Of a stretch of 64,000 bases of DNA, positions 22,150-34,233 are shown in pieces. Source of the DNA: Candidatus Krumholzibacteriota bacterium (GTDB lineage: Bacteria > Krumholzibacteriota > Krumholzibacteriia > JAJRXK01); assembly GCA_963764625.1 (NCBI GenBank), contig CAVXTH010000009.1, positions 992,001 to 1,056,000 of the forward strand, given 5' to 3'. The notes under the pieces are model-generated. The model was not told the origin of the DNA and made no database searches. It saw nothing but the letters and a program-made list of their open reading frames with translations. The translations under genes were made by a program, and so were the position numbers. Each line of letters begins with the position of its first letter. Position 1 is the stretch's first letter.

Positions 22150-22800
22150 ATGGCCCAGATTTTTCACCGTTCCTCCAACCCCATCGCCCGCGCCATGCTC
22201 TTCGCCGGCGTGGTGGTGATGATTCTTCTCATCTGGTTCTTCGCGATCTTCGTGCGGTCCTCTTATTCGACTCGCCAGCACGTGGTACTCAAGCAACCGA
22301 TCCCCTTCAGCCATAGCCACCACGTCGCCGACGTGGGCATCGACTGTCGCTACTGCCACACTTCGGTCGAGACTTCATCGTTCGCGGGAATTCCTCCCAC
22401 CGCGACCTGCATGAATTGCCACAAGGAGATTTTCAAGGATAGTGACATGCTTGAGCCGGTGCGCGAGAGCTATCGCACCGGGAAGCGCTTGCAGTGGGTG
22501 CGCGTGCACGATCTGCCGGACTACGTCTACTTCAATCACAGCATTCACGTGGCGAAGGGCGTGGGCTGTGAAACCTGCCACGGTCGCGTGGATCAAATGC
22601 CCCTCATGTACAAGGCGAATTCCCTGCTCATGGGATGGTGTATCGATTGTCATCGTGCGCCGGAGCGCTACTTGAGACCGCGCAGCGAAATCACGACCAT
22701 GGGGTACAAGCCGGCCCGACCTCAGAGCGAGCTCGGCCCCGAGCTCGCGGCTGAGTACGACGTGCGCAGCCTCACCTATTGCTCCACTTGCCATCGCTGA
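22150..22800 (+). CDS. actA: Alternative complex III pentaheme cytochrome c subunit
   Basis: N-terminal TM helix, QPIPFSHSHH, and five CxxCH motifs (CRYCH, CMNCH, CETCH, CIDCH, CSTCH). Confidence 0.93.
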   Translation: MAQIFHRSSNPIARAMLFAGVVVMILLIWFFAIFVRSSYSTRQHVVLKQPIPFSHSHHVADVGIDCRYCHTSVETSSFAGIPPTATCMNCHKEIFKDSDMLEPVRESYRTGKRLQWVRVHDLPDYVYFNHSIHVAKGVGCETCHGRVDQMPLMYKANSLLMGWCIDCHRAPERYLRPRSEITTMGYKPARPQSELGPELAAEYDVRSLTYCSTCHR

Positions 22801-22815
22801 GGAAACGAGGACGGG

Positions 22816-25800
22816 ATGGATCGTCTCCCCACTTCTGAGACAACGGCAAACCAGATGGAGAAGTCCGTCCAGACCGATACGCTCGACATGGAGGCTCTGC
22901 GCGCTAAGCTGGCGGAGGCGAGAGGGCCCCGGTACTGGCGATCGTTCGAGGAGCTGGCGGAGACCCCTGCATTCAAGGAACATCTGGCCCGGGAGTTTCC
23001 CAACCTCCTCTCCGTCGGCGACATCTCTACCTCGCGCCGGCGCTTTTTGCAGCTCATGGGCGCGTCGCTGGCCCTGGCCGGGCTCAACGCCTGTGGTCGT
23101 CAGCCCCTGGAAAAGATCGTTCCCTACGTGAAGCAGCCCGAGGAGATCATCCCGGGCCGTCCTCTGTACTTCGCGACTTCCATGCCGCAGCCGGGTAGCG
23201 GGCTCTCGATCGGCCTTCTGGTCGAGAGCCACTTGGGGCGCCCCACGAAGATCGAGGGCAATCCCGAGCACCCGGCGAGCCTCGGCAGCACCGATCTCTT
23301 CGCGCAGGCTTCGGTCCTGGAACTCTACGACCCCGATCGTTCCCAGATTCCGGTGCACATGGGAATTCCCCGCAGCTGGGACGCGTTTTGCGCGGAGTTG
23401 GAACAGCCGCTGAACGCGCTTCGCGCCCTCAAGGGGGTCGGGTTGGCCGTGGTGACGCCCACCATCGTTTCCCCGACTCTGGTGCGCCAGATACGCCGGC
23501 TGAAGAAGGCTTTGCCCAAGGCTCGCTTCGTCCAGTGGGAGCCCATCGGTGCGGAGCAAGCCCGCGAGGGAACCCGGCGGGCCTTCGGCGAGGACCTCGC
23601 GGTCAGTCACGATTTCAAGGCGGCGGAAGTCGTGTTGGCGTTCCAGAGTGATTTTCTCACCCAGGGTCCTTCCTGCGTGCGCGACGCCCGCGATTTCATG
23701 TCGCGACGGCGTGCCCGTGAGGGCCAAGCGCAGATGAATCGGCTCTACCTGGCCGAGAGCAGCCCCACCTCGACCGGCACCGTGGCCGACCATCGCTTCG
23801 TTTTGTCTCCCTCTGAGCTGGAGTCCTTCGCTCTGGCGATCGCGGCGCATTTGGGAGTTAAGGGGGCGCAGCCGGTCGCGGCCCCCGAAAACGGTGCGTG
23901 GACCCAGCAGCAGGTTCGCGTAGTGGCTCGAGGATCTGGCTCGAAACCGTGGAAAGAGCGTCGTGCTGGCCGGAGAGTACGCTACCTCCCGCGCTGCACG
24001 TGCTCGTGCACGCGATGAATCAAGAGCTGGACAACCTGGGGAAGACCGTGCTTTTGGGCGATTCGCTCCTCGCCTGGCCCCCGGATCCTCACGCCGAGCT
24101 GAAGGGTCTGACCCAGGCCATGCAGGCGGGTGAGGTCGATCTGTGCTTTCTGCTGGGCGTGAATCCAGTCTTCGATTCGCCCGGCGATCTCGAGTTCACG
24201 CAGGCACTCTCGAAAGTGGAGACCAGGGTACATCTCGGCCTTCACGAGGACGAAACCGCGCTGCACTGTCACTGGCAGATCCCAATGAACCACTGGTTGG
24301 AAACCTGGAGCGATGGAGTGGCCTACGACGGTACGGCCTCGATCGGCCAGCCCCTCATCGATTCGCTTTACGACGGACACAGCATCGCCCAGCTTCTGGA
24401 GCTCTTGATCAGCGGAGACAATTCCGCCGCCGACATGTACTTGGTGCAGACGACCTGGCGCGAGTCGCACGGCGCACCGGACTTCGACGGCTGGTGGCGC
24501 AAGGCGCTGCACGACGGAGTGGTGGAGACGGCGCCTCGGAAGTACCAATCGCGACAGCTTTTGCCCCGCGTGGTGGAGAAAGCCCAGGGAGAGCTCGGCC
24601 ACTTCGAGGAACTCGCGCTGCTTCTGCGTCCGGATCCCACGATCTTCGACGGCCGCTTTCGCCAACAGCGGGTGGTTGCAGGAATGCCCGAAGCCGATTA
24701 CCCGGCTGACCTGGGACAACGCCGCGCTCATGGCACCCAAGCAGGCGGCCGCGCATCGTCTCCAGAACGGCGACTACGTCGCCATCGAGTACGAGGGCCG
24801 CTCCATCGAGATCCCGATCTGGATCGTTCCGGGTCACGCGGAAAAGGCAATCACGGTGCATCTGGGCTATGGCCGCGCGCGAGGAGGTCATGTGGCGACG
24901 GGGGCAGGGACCGACGTCTATCCGCTACGCAGCTTCTCCGCGCCGTACCAGTTGCACGGAGTGCGTCTGCAAAAGCTTGGCCGCCGCTGAGAAGCTCGCC
25001 TGCACCCAGGATCATCAGACCATGGAAGGTCGGGAGCTCCTCCGCGTCGGGACCCTGGCCGACTACAAGAACGACCCGGAGCACCCGGCCCACGCGCACG
25101 AGTCGGAGGTGGACAGCAGCAAGTCTCTCTACCCCGGATGGGACTACTCCAAAGGTTACGCATGGGGGATGACGATCGATCTCACCGCCTGCACCGGCTG
25201 CAATGCCTGCGTCATGGCCTGCGTGTCCGAGAACAACATCGCGGTGGTGGGGAAGGAACAAGTGCTCAACGCGCGGGAGATGCACTGGATCCGTATCGAC
25301 CGCTACTTCGAGGGAGACTTCGACACCGCGAACGTGGTGAATCAGCCCGTGGTCTGCATGCAGTGCGAGCAGGCTCCCTGTGAGCCGGTCTGTCCGGTCG
25401 GCGCAACCTCGCACAGCGCCGAGGGTCTGAACGACATGGTCTACAACCGCTGTGTTGGGACGCGGTACTGCTCGAACAACTGTCCTTACAAGGTGCGCCG
25501 CTTCAACTTCCTGGCGTTCGGGGACCATGAGAGTGAGACACTCAAGATGCAGCGGAATCCGGACGTGACAGTACGCATGCGCGGGGTGATGGAGAAATGC
25601 ACCTACTGTGTCCAGCGCATCAATAACGCCAAGATCGACGCGCAGAAAGAGGAGCGGAGCGTTCGCGACGGGGAGATCACCACCGCCTGCCAGCAGGCGT
25701 GCCCGACGCAAGCCATCGCCTTCGGAGACATCAACGACAAGGAGTCCCAGGTGAGCCGCTGGAAGAGCGATCCCCTGGATTACGGTATGCTCACCGAACT

Positions 25801-25879
25801 GGGAACGCGGCCGAGAACCAGCTACCTCGCCAAACTACGCAATCCGAACCCAGAGCTCACGGACGGTCAAGATGGCTGA
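22816..25879 (+). CDS. actB: Alternative complex III molybdopterin-fold / Fe-S subunit; four apparent +1 frameshifts (~23929, ~23980, ~24660, ~24988)
   Basis: YWRSFEEL; Tat-lipoprotein signal [21 protein letters not shown]; [13 protein letters not shown]; [17 protein letters not shown]; C-terminal Fe-S motifs [47 protein letters not shown]. Spread over ORFs 22816, 23898, 24676 and 24869. Confidence 0.9.
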
Positions 25880-27241
25880 TTCCACCCTCAAGGGCGCGGC
25901 GGCGACCAATTCGATCGTAGCTCGGGCCACACCCCCGGTTCGGTGACCGACAAGATCAGTTCGGTCGTGCTGACGGGAATTCCCAAGTGGTGGTACGCGG
26001 TGACGGCGCTGACCTTCAGCCTCGTTATGATGCTGTTCTACGCTCTGGCTGTCCTTTTGGTGAAGGGTGTGGGAATCTGGGGCATCAACATTCCCGTCGG
26101 TTGGGGATTTGCCATCGTCAATTTCGTCTGGTGGATTGGAATCGGTCACGCCGGCACGCTCATCTCGGCCATCCTTCTCCTGTTGCGGCAGGACTGGCGA
26201 AATTCCATCAACCGTTTCGCCGAAGCGATGACCATTTTCGCGGTGGCGTGCGCGGGGATGTTTCCCCTCATCCACATGGGCCGTCCCTGGCGCTTCTTTT
26301 GGATGCTGCCCTATCCCAACACTTTCTATCTCTGGCCGCAATTCCGCTCCCCTCTGATCTGGGACGTCTTCGCGGTCTCGACCTATGCTCTGATCTCCAT
26401 TCTGTTCTGGTATGTGGGGTTGATTCCTGACATGGCGACTCTGCGCGACCGCACGCCGAACAAGATCGCCCGCGTCATCTACGGAATCTTGGCTGGAGGC
26501 TGGCGTGGATCGGCACGTCATTGGCACAACTATGAACTGGCCTGCTTGCTCCTGGCGGCTCTGGCAACCCCTCTTGTGGTTTCCGTGCATTCGGTTGTGT
26601 CCTTCGACTTCGCGGCCGGCATCGTCCCCGGCTGGCACGCGACCATCTTTCCGCCCTTCTTCGTGGCGGGAGCGGTCTTCGCCGGCTTCGCCATGGTCTT
26701 GACCCTGGGGATTCCGCTGCGGCAGCTCTTCGGTCTCCAGGATTTCATCCGGACGCGCCACCTGGACAACATGGGGAAGGTCATGTTGGCCACCGGATTG
26801 ATCGTGGTGTACGGCTACGCGGTCGAGCTCTTCTTCGGCTGGTACGGGGGCAACCCCTTCGAGATATACATGTTCCACAACCGAATCACGGGTCCCTACC
26901 ACTACGTGTGGTTCGCGCTGATCCTGTGCAACGCCGTCGCCATTCAAGCTCTGTGGTTCACGAAAGTGCGCACTTCGGTCGTCGGACTCATGATCGTGGC
27001 GATGTTCGTGAACGTGGGTATGTGGTTGGAGCGATTCATCATCGTGATCACCAGTCTGCACCGCGACTTCATGCCCTCCTCGTGGGACATGTATTACCCC
27101 ACTCGGTGGGACTGGGCCATCTTCATCGGTTCGCTGGGTCTCTTCCTGACCTTGATGCTTGTCTTCATCCGGGTGCTGCCCTCGATCTCCATTTTTGAGA
27201 TTCGCATGCTTCTGCCCGGCGCGAAGGGAGGGGAGGAATAG
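25872..27241 (+). CDS. actC: Alternative complex III NrfD/PsrC-like quinol-binding subunit; apparent 1-nt deletion at ~25923
   Basis: [57 protein letters not shown] 25872 joins the 25943 frame ([16 protein letters not shown]). Confidence 0.92.
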
Positions 27242-27793
27242 ATGGAGATGGATCCGCGCAACGCGCGCCTGGCCGGCGTAATGGCCGAATTCGACGGACC
27301 TCACAAGGTTCTGGAGGCCGCCAAGGCGGTCAAGGAGAAGGGCTATCGGTGCTTCGACGCGTTCACGCCCTACCCAATCGAGGAATTGAACCACGTCGTC
27401 GCCGGCCATGGGAGCCGTCTTCCCGCGATGGTGTTTCTGGGGGGGCTCTTCGGCTTCATCGGAGGGTTCTCCCTGCAGTACTGGGTGAACGTCTATGCCT
27501 TCCCCATGAACATCGGGGGGCGTCCCCTGAATTCGTGGCCCGCGTTCATCGTCCCCACTTTCGAGATGACGATTCTGTTCGCGGGGATCACAGCGGTGCT
27601 CGGCATGTTCGCCCTGAATGGTCTGCCCCATCCGCACCATCCCGTGTTCAACGTCGAGCGCTTCGCGCTGGCGACCAGCAACAAGTTCTTTCTCTGGATC
27701 GAGGCCAAGGACCCGCAGTTCGAGTTGGCGACGGCGCGGAGTTTTCTCGAAGGTCTCTCCTCGGTCGCGGTATCGGACGTATACGATGACTGA
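27242..27793 (+). CDS. actD: Alternative complex III subunit D (DUF3341)
   Basis: DAFTPYPIEEL, IGGRPLNSWPAFIVPTFEMTILF. Confidence 0.9.
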   Translation: MEMDPRNARLAGVMAEFDGPHKVLEAAKAVKEKGYRCFDAFTPYPIEELNHVVAGHGSRLPAMVFLGGLFGFIGGFSLQYWVNVYAFPMNIGGRPLNSWPAFIVPTFEMTILFAGITAVLGMFALNGLPHPHHPVFNVERFALATSNKFFLWIEAKDPQFELATARSFLEGLSSVAVSDVYDD

Positions 27794-28457
27794 ATTGCTT
27801 CGCACGCGTGGCATGAGGCTCGCTCGCGGGCGCGAGTGGGGGATCGGCTTGCTTCTTCTGGCATTGCTCGCGACCGGCGGGTGCACGCAAGACATGAAGA
27901 ACCAGGCCAAGGAACGTCCGCTACGGGAAAGCCGATTCTACCTCGACGGCGCGTCTTCGAGACCCCTGCCCGCCGGCACCGTTCCGCGCGGCTTCCTGCG
28001 CGCCGACGATTCCTACTATAAAGGAATCGGCCCCGACGGTACTTTCGTGAAGACCATCCCCGCGAAAGTGGACGCGGCGCTGCTGCAGCGCGGCCGCCAG
28101 CGCTTCGAGATCTACTGTACTCCCTGCCACGGTCGACTGGGCAACGGTAGGGGAATGGTGGTGCGTCGAGGCTTCAAGCAGCCTCCTTCCTACCACATCG
28201 ATCGTCTGCGGGGCATGCCCCCGGGATACTTCTTCGACGTGATCACCAATGGCTTTGGCCAGATGTCCAGTTATGCGTCTCAGGTTCCACCGAGCGACCG
28301 CTGGGCCATCGTGGCCTACATCAAGGCCCTGCAGCTGAGCCGCCACGCGGAACTGGCGAAGATGAGCCCCACCGAACGGGAGAAGATTCAACGAGCCATC
28401 GCGGCGGAGGGCGAGAAAACCATTCATGAGTCGAGCGAGCAAGATGAAGGACACTGA
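27786..28457 (+). CDS. actE: Alternative complex III monoheme cytochrome c lipoprotein
   Basis: Lipobox LATGG-C-TQDM, single CTPCH, DRWAIVAYIKALQ. Confidence 0.9.
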   Translation: MTELLRTRGMRLARGREWGIGLLLLALLATGGCTQDMKNQAKERPLRESRFYLDGASSRPLPAGTVPRGFLRADDSYYKGIGPDGTFVKTIPAKVDAALLQRGRQRFEIYCTPCHGRLGNGRGMVVRRGFKQPPSYHIDRLRGMPPGYFFDVITNGFGQMSSYASQVPPSDRWAIVAYIKALQLSRHAELAKMSPTEREKIQRAIAAEGEKTIHESSEQDEGH

Positions 28458-29631
28458 GGGAGCACAAGCTGCATACTCTTCTCTTCCGGCGAGCATCTCT
28501 CGTCTGCGACGCATCGGCTTGACGGTCGGTGTGCTGGGAATTGCTCTGAGCGTGGTGGGGGCCGTGTTGTCTCCGGGGTTGTTCTTCAGCTCCTACCTGG
28601 TGGCCTTTATCTGGATCGCCGCGATTCCAGTGGGAAGCCTGGCGCTTCTCATGTTGTACCATCTGACCGGAGGTCGGTGGGGCTTCATGATCCGCCGCGT
28701 GCTGGAGGCTGCGACGCGGACGATCCCCCTCATCGCGCTGATGTTCTTGCCTCTGCTCTTCGGCCTTGGGCGGCTCTACCCCTGGGCGGACGCTTCCGTG
28801 GTGGCCAACGACGAGGTCATCGCCGCCAAGGCACACTTCCTGAACCCGACGGCCTTTGCCCTCAGATCGGTCCTCTACTTCGCGGTCTGGATCGTGTTCG
28901 CCTTCATTCTGGACCGGATGTCGGCCAGACAGGACCGGGGGGCCGTTCCGGAACGAGACAAGCGCATGGCTTCGCTCAGCGCGCCTGGGCTCATCGTCTG
29001 GTGCTTGGCGGGAACCTTCGCCAGCGTCGATTGGATCATGTCGCTCGATCCCCACTGGTATTCCAGTCTCTACGGCATCTACTTCTTCGAGTCGATGGCG
29101 CTGGGAGCACTCGCGTTCACCACCCTCATCGCGGTGATCCTCTCGCGCTCGGAACCCCTGGGCGAGCTCTTCACCAAGCGAGACTTCCACGACTACGGAA
29201 ACCTGCTCCTGGCTTTCATCATGCTTTGGGGTTACTTCGCGTTCAGTCAGTTTCTCATCATCTGGGCGGGCGATCTCCCCGAAGAGGTGCCCTGGTACCT
29301 CGTGCGCATCACCCCCCAGTGGAAGCTGTTCACCACTCTGCTCATAGTGGCGCAGTTCGTGGTTCCCTTCCTCCTGCTGCTGACCCATGCGGTCAAGAGC
29401 CGGCCGGGACGCCTCGTCTTCGTGGCGGCGCTTCTCATCGGAGTGCGCTACGCGGACTACTTCTGGCAGGTCATGCCGCCACTGCATCGTTCGACGCTCT
29501 CCTGGCTGGATCTGGCGAGCATCGGCGGACTCGGAGGGATCTGGCTGGCCGTGTTCTGCTGGCAGCTCGGCCGGCGCAGTTTGATCGCGGTCAACGACCC
29601 CAAGTATCAGGAGGTCGTGGGCAGTGTCTGA
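28426..29631 (+). CDS. actF: Alternative complex III membrane subunit F
   Basis: Multi-TM; LTGGRWG, VDWIMSLDPHWYSSLYG, WGYFAFSQFLIIWAGDLPEE. Confidence 0.9.
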   Translation: MSRASKMKDTEGAQAAYSSLPASISRLRRIGLTVGVLGIALSVVGAVLSPGLFFSSYLVAFIWIAAIPVGSLALLMLYHLTGGRWGFMIRRVLEAATRTIPLIALMFLPLLFGLGRLYPWADASVVANDEVIAAKAHFLNPTAFALRSVLYFAVWIVFAFILDRMSARQDRGAVPERDKRMASLSAPGLIVWCLAGTFASVDWIMSLDPHWYSSLYGIYFFESMALGALAFTTLIAVILSRSEPLGELFTKRDFHDYGNLLLAFIMLWGYFAFSQFLIIWAGDLPEEVPWYLVRITPQWKLFTTLLIVAQFVVPFLLLLTHAVKSRPGRLVFVAALLIGVRYADYFWQVMPPLHRSTLSWLDLASIGGLGGIWLAVFCWQLGRRSLIAVNDPKYQEVVGSV

Positions 29632-30073
29632 TCCGAAGTGGAGCTACGAGGGCGCGGGCAAGCCGATCGATCAGGAGCTGCGCACCAAAGCGCTCGTAAT
29701 ATTCCTCATCACGATCGCGCTCGTGTGCGTGATCGCGGGGGCCTTGATGTTGGGCTATTATGGGTTCCTGAAAAAGAATTTAGAGTCCAAGGACCCGCCT
29801 GCTTTGCCAGTGGCTACCACGGGCTTGCGTGAGTTGCCTCCGGAGCCGCGACTCCAAACCAATCCTCACGCCGACCTTCGCGCAATGCACGCGGAGGAAG
29901 ATTCCGTTCTGGAAAGTTATGGATGGGAAGAGGAATCCGCGAGAGTGGCACGCTTGCCGATCGAAGAAGCCATGAAGCTGGTCGCGCGTGACGGCGTACC
30001 CATCTGGCCCCAGCCAAGCCAAGACGCCGCGCCCGTCAATCCCGGAGGAAAATCTTCCGGAGGAGGAAAATGA
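29624..30073 (+). CDS. Single-TM ACIII accessory protein (ActG-like)
   Basis: One TM helix, then PPEPRLQ..SYGW..RLPIEEAM; position between actF and the SCO gene. Confidence 0.7.
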   Translation: MSDPKWSYEGAGKPIDQELRTKALVIFLITIALVCVIAGALMLGYYGFLKKNLESKDPPALPVATTGLRELPPEPRLQTNPHADLRAMHAEEDSVLESYGWEEESARVARLPIEEAMKLVARDGVPIWPQPSQDAAPVNPGGKSSGGGK

Positions 30074-30921
30074 TGCGGATGCACCGGCGCAAGCTGCGTA
30101 TTCTATCTGCTTTTTCGATTCTCTTCGCGAGCCTGGTTTCGACGGAGGCGTTCGCGGACAAGCCCATCCTCCAGAAGAGCCCCATCAAGGACGTCTCTTT
30201 CGAACAGCACCTGGGCCAGCAGGTCGATCTCGACTTGAATTTCAAGGACGAGAACGGTCAAGAGATCCGTCTGGGAGACTACTTCCATGAGGGCAAGCCG
30301 GTCATCCTGGCGCTGGTGTATTACGAGTGTCCGATGCTCTGCACCATGGTGCTCAACGGAGTGGTACGCAGTCTCAGGCCTCTCTCGCTGTCACCCTCCA
30401 AGGACTTCGAGGTCGTCATCGTGAGCTTCAATCCCAAGGAAGGCCCCGAGTTGGCCATGAAGAAGCGAACGGGCTACCTCAAGAGCTACGATCGACCAGG
30501 TACCGAGGACGGCTGGCATTTCCTGACCGGTGAACCGGCCGCCATCGACTCCCTCACGAGCGAAGCCGGGTTCCACTACGTCTACGACGAGGCGACCGAA
30601 CAGTATGCCCACGCGACCGGCATCATGGTGCTGACTCCCAAGGGCGTCTTTTCGCGCTACCTCTACGGAATCGACTACGCCCCGAAGGATCTCCGCCTCT
30701 CGCTCGCCGAGGCGAGCGGCGGCAAAGTGGGTGGGCTGGTGGCCCAGGCACTTCTGCTCTGCTACAAGTACGATCCCGCCACCGGGAAGTACGGAGCCAC
30801 GGTGATGTTCTTCGTGCGGCTGGCCGGCGTGCTCACGATCATCGCGATCGTGGGCTTCATCCTCCTAAGCCGACGTCGCGATCACCATCGGAACCACCAG
30901 CAAGCCGGGGGTGTGGCCTAG
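30070..30921 (+). CDS. SCO1/SenC family copper chaperone
   Basis: YYECPMLC (CxxxC), WHFLTG, YAH, C-terminal TM helix. Confidence 0.92.
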   Translation: MMRMHRRKLRILSAFSILFASLVSTEAFADKPILQKSPIKDVSFEQHLGQQVDLDLNFKDENGQEIRLGDYFHEGKPVILALVYYECPMLCTMVLNGVVRSLRPLSLSPSKDFEVVIVSFNPKEGPELAMKKRTGYLKSYDRPGTEDGWHFLTGEPAAIDSLTSEAGFHYVYDEATEQYAHATGIMVLTPKGVFSRYLYGIDYAPKDLRLSLAEASGGKVGGLVAQALLLCYKYDPATGKYGATVMFFVRLAGVLTIIAIVGFILLSRRRDHHRNHQQAGGVA

Positions 30922-30923
30922 GC

Positions 30924-31895
30924 ATGCTCGCGTTCCTTCGCTTATTCCCCGAGCGAGCCTCCACCATCGCGGGTCAGGTGGACGCCGTATTTCTGTTCAC
31001 CCTGGCGGTGACGGTCTTTTTCATCGCGCTCATCTCGGCCGTCATCGTCTTCTTCATGATCCGCTACAAACGGCGCGGTGAGGACTCCATCGGCAAGCCC
31101 ACCCGCGACTACGCGGTGCTCGAGCTGACCTGGACCATCGTTCCGCTCATCATACTGCTGTTCATCTTCGCCTGGGGCGCGAAGGTGTTCTTCGCCGCCT
31201 CGCGTCCGCCGAGCAATGCGGTCGAGTACTATTGCACCGGCAAGCGGTGGATGTGGAAGTTCCAGCATCCGGAGGGCAACCGCGAGATCAACACCCTGCA
31301 CGTTCCCGTGGACACTCCGATCAAAGTGTCGATCACTTCCGAGGACGTGATTCACTCCTTCTTCGTGCCCGCGTTTCGGGTGAAGATGGATGCCGTTCCC
31401 GGCCGTTACACTACTGCGTGGTTCCAGGCCAAAAAGGTGGGGACGTACCACCTCTTCTGCGCCGAGTATTGCGGTGCAGGGCATTCAAAGATGATCGGCC
31501 ACATCATCGTGATGGAGCCGCACGACTACGAGCGGTGGCTCCAGGGCAGCCTTCCCGAGACCAGTATCGCCAGCAACGGCAAACAGCTCTTCACCGACAA
31601 GTCGTGTATTACTTGCCATCGTGCGGATACCAATGCGCGCGCGCCCTACCTGCAGCATGCCTTCGGCAAGGACGTGAAATTGACCAACGGCGACGTGGTG
31701 AAATTCGACGACGGCTACGTGCGTGAATCGATCATGAATCCCCAGGCGAAAGTCGTGCAGGGCTATCAGCCGATCATGCCCACCTTCAAGGGGCAACTCA
31801 CCGAAGACGAACTCCGAGAACTCATCATGTACATCAAGTCCCTCAGTGACTCGACAGCCACCGAGAACAGTGCGGGAAACGGATCCGGGGAATAG
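30924..31895 (+). CDS. coxB: Cytochrome c oxidase subunit II with fused C-terminal cytochrome c (caa3 type)
   Basis: DVIHSFFVP, CuA motif CAEYCGAGHSKM, C-terminal CITCH. Confidence 0.95.
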   Translation: MLAFLRLFPERASTIAGQVDAVFLFTLAVTVFFIALISAVIVFFMIRYKRRGEDSIGKPTRDYAVLELTWTIVPLIILLFIFAWGAKVFFAASRPPSNAVEYYCTGKRWMWKFQHPEGNREINTLHVPVDTPIKVSITSEDVIHSFFVPAFRVKMDAVPGRYTTAWFQAKKVGTYHLFCAEYCGAGHSKMIGHIIVMEPHDYERWLQGSLPETSIASNGKQLFTDKSCITCHRADTNARAPYLQHAFGKDVKLTNGDVVKFDDGYVRESIMNPQAKVVQGYQPIMPTFKGQLTEDELRELIMYIKSLSDSTATENSAGNGSGE

Positions 31896-31898
31896 ACC

Positions 31899-33548
31899 AT
31901 GACGACGATGGAAACCGCGCCCGAGGCGCCACGGCAAATGCCAGATTATTTACACGATGGCTACGGAGTGAAGTCGTGGTTGTTGACCACCGACCACAAA
32001 CGGATCGCCATTCTTTATCTCTTCTCGGTGACTCTCTTCTTCGCGCTCGGCGGAATCATGGCCGCGCTCATTCGCATCGAACTGGCCACTCCCCAGGGAG
32101 ATCTGGTCGAGGCGGCGGTCTACAACCGCCTGTTCACGATGCACGGCGTTCTGATGATCTTCTTCTTTCTCATCCCCGCCATTCCGGGTGTGTTCGGGAA
32201 TTTCTTCATGCCGATCATGGTGGGGGCCAGAGACATGGCCTTCCCCAAATTGAATCTCCTGAGTTGGTATCTCTACGTGTTGGGTGGCCTGTGCGCCTTC
32301 TACAGCATGGCGAGGGGCGGCGTCGACACCGGCTGGACCTTCTACGCGCCGTTTTCCACCGGCTATTCCAACTCCTACGTCGTCTCCACCGCGATCGGGG
32401 CTCTGTTCGTGGGGTTCTCTTCGATTCTCACGGGGTTGAACTTTCTGGTGACGACGCATCGCATGCGGGCACCGGGCCTCAGCTGGTTTCGCCTACCCCT
32501 CTTCGTTTGGGGTCATTACGCCACCGCCCTCATCATGATCCTCGGCACTCCGGTGCTCGCGATCACTCTGATTCTGGTGGCTTTGGAGAGAGTGTTCCAG
32601 ATCGGGATCTTCGACCCCACCATTGGGGGCGATCCGGTCCTCTTCCAACACCTGTTCTGGTTCTACTCTCATCCCGCGGTGTACATCATGGTGCTGCCGG
32701 CCATGGCGATCATCAGTGAGCTCGTCGCCAATTTCAGTCGGCGGCGTATCTTCGGCTACCGCTTCGTCGCCTACGCCAGCGTGGGCATCGCGGTCCTGGG
32801 CTTCTTGGTTTGGGGCCACCACATGTTCGTGAGTTCCCAGTCCGTCTATGCCGCCACCGTCTTTTCGGTTCTCACCATGCTGGTCGCGGTACCGTCGGCG
32901 ATCAAAGTGTTCAACTGGACCATGACCCTCTACCAGGGGAGCATCTCCTGGGAAACGCCGATGCTCTACGCCATCGGCTTCATGGGGTTGTTCATGATTG
33001 GGGGCTTCACCGGGGTCATGCTCGGCACCCTGGGAATCGACATGCACGTGCACGACACTTATTTCGTCGTGGCCCACTTTCATTACGTGATGGTGGGTGG
33101 GGCCCTGATGGCCTATCTGGGGGGATTGCATTACTGGTGGCCCAAGATGTTCGGGAGGCTCTATCCCAAGTTCTGGTCCAAGATCGCCGCGTTGCTCGTC
33201 TTCGCCGGTTTCAATCTGACCTTCTTCCCGCAGTTCATTCTGGGGTACCTGGGCATGCCGCGCCGCTATCACGCCTACCCACCCGAGTTCCAGGTTCTCA
33301 ACGTGCTCTCCAGCGCCGGAGCCACGATCCTGGCGGTGGGCTACATCATCCCGGTCATCTATTTCGCCTGGTCGCTGCGCTTCGGCAAGAAGTGCCCGCC
33401 AAACCCGTGGGGGGCGGTGGGTCTGGAGTGGCAGGAGACCGCTTCGCCGCCGATCAAGCACAATTTCGATCATCCGGTGATCGTGGATTACGAGGCCTAC
33501 GATTTCTCTCGTTCTCCCGCGGTGTCAAACAACGAGGAAGGAGCCTGA
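31899..33548 (+). CDS. coxA: Cytochrome c oxidase subunit I (A2 type)
   Basis: [22 protein letters not shown] (YS signature of type A2), [19 protein letters not shown]. Confidence 0.97.
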   Translation: MTTMETAPEAPRQMPDYLHDGYGVKSWLLTTDHKRIAILYLFSVTLFFALGGIMAALIRIELATPQGDLVEAAVYNRLFTMHGVLMIFFFLIPAIPGVFGNFFMPIMVGARDMAFPKLNLLSWYLYVLGGLCAFYSMARGGVDTGWTFYAPFSTGYSNSYVVSTAIGALFVGFSSILTGLNFLVTTHRMRAPGLSWFRLPLFVWGHYATALIMILGTPVLAITLILVALERVFQIGIFDPTIGGDPVLFQHLFWFYSHPAVYIMVLPAMAIISELVANFSRRRIFGYRFVAYASVGIAVLGFLVWGHHMFVSSQSVYAATVFSVLTMLVAVPSAIKVFNWTMTLYQGSISWETPMLYAIGFMGLFMIGGFTGVMLGTLGIDMHVHDTYFVVAHFHYVMVGGALMAYLGGLHYWWPKMFGRLYPKFWSKIAALLVFAGFNLTFFPQFILGYLGMPRRYHAYPPEFQVLNVLSSAGATILAVGYIIPVIYFAWSLRFGKKCPPNPWGAVGLEWQETASPPIKHNFDHPVIVDYEAYDFSRSPAVSNNEEGA

Positions 33549-33549
33549 G

Positions 33550-34224
33550 TTGACCGCCATCGACCCAACCAGTGCTCCTCAGGGACCAAACCGCAGAGTT
33601 CGCTACTATTTCTGCGACGCCGACCAGCAGAGCCAGGCGGTTCAGCAGGGGATGTGGATTTTTCTGGTGCAGGAGATCCTGTTCTTCGGCGGGCTCTTCA
33701 TGGCGTACTTGTTCTACCGGACCCAGTTTCCGCATTCCTTCGCCGCGGGCAGCCATCATCTCGATGTGCGGCTCGGGACGGCGAACACCGCGGTATTGCT
33801 CCTCAGCTCATTCACCATGGCGACGGCGGTGCGCTGCACTCAGGTGCGGCAACGCGCCGGCACGGTGGTCTCCCTTTTGTTGACGGCTTGTCTGGGCCTG
33901 GTGTTTCTCGGTATCAAGGGCATCGAATACGGCGTGAAATTTCGGGAACATCTGATTCCCGGACCGGATTTCACCTGGCACGGCGCCGGCAATCCACACC
34001 ACGTCCAGATGTTCTTCAATCTCTACTTCGCCATGACGGGGCTCCACGCGCTCCACATGATCATCGGGGTGGGGCTCGTGCTTGCTCTGGTTCCGCGCGC
34101 GGTGAAAGGCGTCTTCAACGAGGGCTACAACGATCCGGTCGGAGTGGTAGGACTCTACTGGCACTTTGTCGACCTGATCTGGATCTTTCTCTTTCCCCTG
34201 CTGTATTTGGTCGGCAGACATTAG
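33550..34224 (+). CDS. coxC: Cytochrome c oxidase subunit III
   Basis: GMWIFLVQEILFFGGLF, YFAMTGLHALH, GLYWHFVDLIWIFLFPLLY. Confidence 0.95.
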   Translation: MTAIDPTSAPQGPNRRVRYYFCDADQQSQAVQQGMWIFLVQEILFFGGLFMAYLFYRTQFPHSFAAGSHHLDVRLGTANTAVLLLSSFTMATAVRCTQVRQRAGTVVSLLLTACLGLVFLGIKGIEYGVKFREHLIPGPDFTWHGAGNPHHVQMFFNLYFAMTGLHALHMIIGVGLVLALVPRAVKGVFNEGYNDPVGVVGLYWHFVDLIWIFLFPLLYLVGRH

Positions 34225-34233
34225 GAGGGCATC

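Noticed and set aside
22816-25879. actB as a pseudogene, a naturally split gene or a programmed frameshift
   Set aside because: Each break is a single extra base with conserved sequence on both sides and no slippery site, and the rest of the operon is intact. Sequencing error is more parsimonious.
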